Shown: piece after piece, positions 30,048 to 32,000 of the stretch
Position numbering within the stretch: position 1 is the first letter of the stretch
Layout of the letters: the number at the start of each line of letters is the position of its first letter
Source of the DNA: Methanocaldococcus jannaschii DSM 2661
GTDB lineage: Archaea; AGJL01; Methanococci; Methanococcales; Methanocaldococcaceae
NCBI RefSeq assembly: GCF_000091665.1
Contig: NC_000909.1
Span: forward strand, 1,026,629 to 1,058,628
DNA length: 32,000 bases
Direction of reading: 5' to 3'
Notes under the pieces: model-generated
Database searches by the model: none
What the model was told of the DNA's origin: nothing
Seen by the model: the letters and a program-made list of their open reading frames with translations, nothing else
Made by a program: the position numbers and the translations under genes

Positions 30048-31682
30048 TTAAAATTCACTAACAATCTTCCTCTTCAACATATCTAAAAACTCATTAATTC
30101 TCTTCTTTGAAAATCCATATTTCTTAGCAACCTTATAAATCATCTTCTCCCCACCACTTCCATACTGTGCGGCTTTCTTTGGTCTATAGGCAATATAATC
30201 TGGCAAATACTGGGAAGCAACATCCCTCAAAATCTTCTTTCTAACAGACCTTACGCACTTTATATTTAAATTGGTATTTTTGAGCCCATTTATGGGCTCA
30301 CTTTTCAATGAAATATTAGACTCTGCGTAAGGTCTGTTACTAAGTTCAGACATCTTATATTCAATAGGAATTGATAAAGCAATTTCAACAACCTCCTCAT
30401 CTAAGAAAGGAACTCTCAACTCAACACCATTAGCCATTGTACAGTGGTCATCTCTCTCTAAATTTACCTTATATAAATTATAAACATCCTTCAATAGCTC
30501 TTTTTTCAGCTCCTCCTCCCCTCTCTCCCTATAAATTCTCTCATGCCTTGCATAGCCTCCAAATAACTCATCAGCTCCTTGCCCAGATAGAACAACCTTT
30601 AATCCATCCTCATTTGCCATCTCTGAAGCTACATAGATAGGGATTCCAACTCCAATCTTCATTAAATCAACTTCATCTATTGCCTTAGCTACCTTAAACA
30701 CATACTCCTCATACTCCTCTTCTGAAATAATCTTCTTCCTTAGCTTTAAATTTAAATCTTTAGCCAATCTTTCAGCATAGATTAAATCTTCACTATTTTC
30801 AGTTCCAACGGCATACAATATAACTTCACAGTATAGAGATGCTAATTTAGCAATCAATGAGCTATCAACTCCTCCAGAGCATATAATTCCAACTTTGTCC
30901 AAACCCCTGACCCTCTTTAAAACAGAGTTTTTCAATGCTCTATCTAAATACTCCTTAGCCTCCTCATAACTCCTCTCTTTCATGTAATTTAACTCCAACT
31001 TTTTAAAGCCTTCAATAATTTCAAACCTATTATCATCTAAATAATAAATCAACTGTGAATTTGGCTTCAATGTTTTGATTTTGCTATTTAGCTCATCTAA
31101 ATCTCTCTCACAGCCATCGATATTTATAAGTAGATGCCACAACGCCTTTCTTTCAGAGGCAAAGGCAAAGTATTTATCCCTATCTACATAAAATAATGGC
31201 TTAACTCCAAACATATCCCTTGCCAACCTCACAACATTCTTAGATTTATCATATATGGCAAAGGCATAGTCTCCATCCAACTCTTCCAACTTCTCCTCTT
31301 CATATAGATGAATTATAACCTCATTATCACTGTCTGTCCTAAATTCATGATTTTGTTTTAGATATTCCCTCAACTCAATATAATTGTAAATCTCTCCATT
31401 ACAAACTAACCATATAGTTTCATCCTCATTTGGAATAGGTTGAACTCCATACCTCCCAACAATTGCCAATCTATTATGAGCCAAGCTTAAGTTTCCAATC
31501 ATCTCCTCCTCTAAATCCTCAACATCCTCAAAATCGTTAAAATATATAACTTCATCATCCAACAACAGCCCAGAGTTATCTCTCCCTCTGTGCTTTAAAA
31601 TCTTCATCATATCTATGGAGTATTTAGCAGATATTTGATTGTCTTTAACAATTATTCCACTTATAGAGCACATGTCTCTCAC
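30048..31682 (-). CDS. asnB: Asparagine synthetase (glutamine-hydrolysing)-like
   Basis: Sequence begins MRDMCSISGII; HNRLAIVG, VDSSLIAKLAS (GICSGGVDSSL), LSGQGADELFGGYARH, VPFLDEEVVEIAL. Carries an in-frame palindromic insert at 30242-30339. Confidence 0.93.
   Translation of the reverse strand: MRDMCSISGIIVKDNQISAKYSIDMMKILKHRGRDNSGLLLDDEVIYFNDFEDVEDLEEEMIGNLSLAHNRLAIVGRYGVQPIPNEDETIWLVCNGEIYNYIELREYLKQNHEFRTDSDNEVIIHLYEEEKLEELDGDYAFAIYDKSKNVVRLARDMFGVKPLFYVDRDKYFAFASERKALWHLLINIDGCERDLDELNSKIKTLKPNSQLIYYLDDNRFEIIEGFKKLELNYMKERSYEEAKEYLDRALKNSVLKRVRGLDKVGIICSGGVDSSLIAKLASLYCEVILYAVGTENSEDLIYAERLAKDLNLKLRKKIISEEEYEEYVFKVAKAIDEVDLMKIGVGIPIYVASEMANEDGLKVVLSGQGADELFGGYARHERIYRERGEEELKKELLKDVYNLYKVNLERDDHCTMANGVELRVPFLDEEVVEIALSIPIEYKMSELSNRPYAESNISLKSEPINGLKNTNLNIKCVRSVRKKILRDVASQYLPDYIAYRPKKAAQYGSGGEKMIYKVAKKYGFSKKRINEFLDMLKRKIVSEF
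30242..30339 (-). repeat. Palindromic insert inside asnB
   Basis: 16-bp perfect inverted repeat TAACAGACCTTACGCA (30242-30257) / TGCGTAAGGTCTGTTA (30324-30339) enclosing a 9-bp hairpin TGAGCCCAT-TT-ATGGGCTCA (30281-30300). Confidence 0.85.
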
Positions 31683-31818
31683 ATTTTTAAATATACCTTA
31701 TTTTTTAATATTAGCTAACACAACTTAACATTTTATGCTAAATATTTGCAAAATTTTAATTTAAATATCTTAATAAAGATTAAATCAATTTATTATAAAT
31801 AACCTTAGAGGTTTTAAA

Positions 31819-32000
31819 ATGGATGCTCTAATTATGGCTGGTGGTAAAGGAACAAGAATGGGTGGAGTTGAAAAGCCGTTGATTAAGCTTTGTGGTAGAT
31901 GTCTTATAGATTATGTTGTCTCTCCCTTATTAAAATCAAAGGTAAATAATATATTTATCGCTACCTCTCCAAATACACCAAAGACAAAGGAATATATAAA
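31819..32000 (+). CDS. cobY: Adenosylcobinamide-phosphate guanylyltransferase (CobY-like), 3'-truncated by the window edge
   Basis: MDALIMAGGKGTRMGGVEKPLIKLCGRCLIDYVVSPLLKSKVNNIFIATSPNTPKTKEY. Confidence 0.82.
   Translation, partial: MDALIMAGGKGTRMGGVEKPLIKLCGRCLIDYVVSPLLKSKVNNIFIATSPNTPKTKEYI

Noticed and set aside
30437-30640. Plus-strand ORF inside asnB
   Set aside because: Shadow ORF opposite the synthetase domain.

Overview
This is a gene-dense, AT-rich archaeal chromosome segment. Gene content and order closely resemble Methanocaldococcus jannaschii or a near relative; this is from memory, no search was run. Readable genes: mevalonate kinase 3' end, cbiMNQO, a NicO/RcnA-like transporter, a NifB-like radical SAM protein, YcaO, TiaS, argC, lysA, tRNA-Arg(GCG), mfnB, a phosphoglucosamine mutase-like gene, glmU, dut-like, a RelE/RelB-like pair (the antitoxin is absent from the ORF track), thrB, a TrkA-like protein, pheT, pyrE, cca, a GlcNAc-1-P transferase-like gene, a BtpA-like gene, asnB and a cobY start. 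Two CRISPR arrays (8192-9125 and 22751-23674) share an approximately 400-bp leader but have different repeat cores, and no cas genes are present. The most interesting non-standard signals are: (1) a family of structured, covarying palindromic elements at 16511-16604, 19220-19421, 24405-24474 and 27285-27356, three of them inserted at gene termini and flanked by 14-39 bp direct duplications that preserve or re-supply the gene ends; (2) a 98-nt palindromic insert carried in frame inside asnB; (3) a LAGLIDADG-type homing endonuclease ORF wedged between an intact tRNA-Arg and a duplicated tRNA 5' fragment, with an apparent N-terminal frameshift at an A7 tract; (4) reciprocal mixing of repeat types at the distal ends of the two CRISPR arrays, with compensatory stem changes; (5) a dispersed 25-nt hairpin repeat with conserved flanks.
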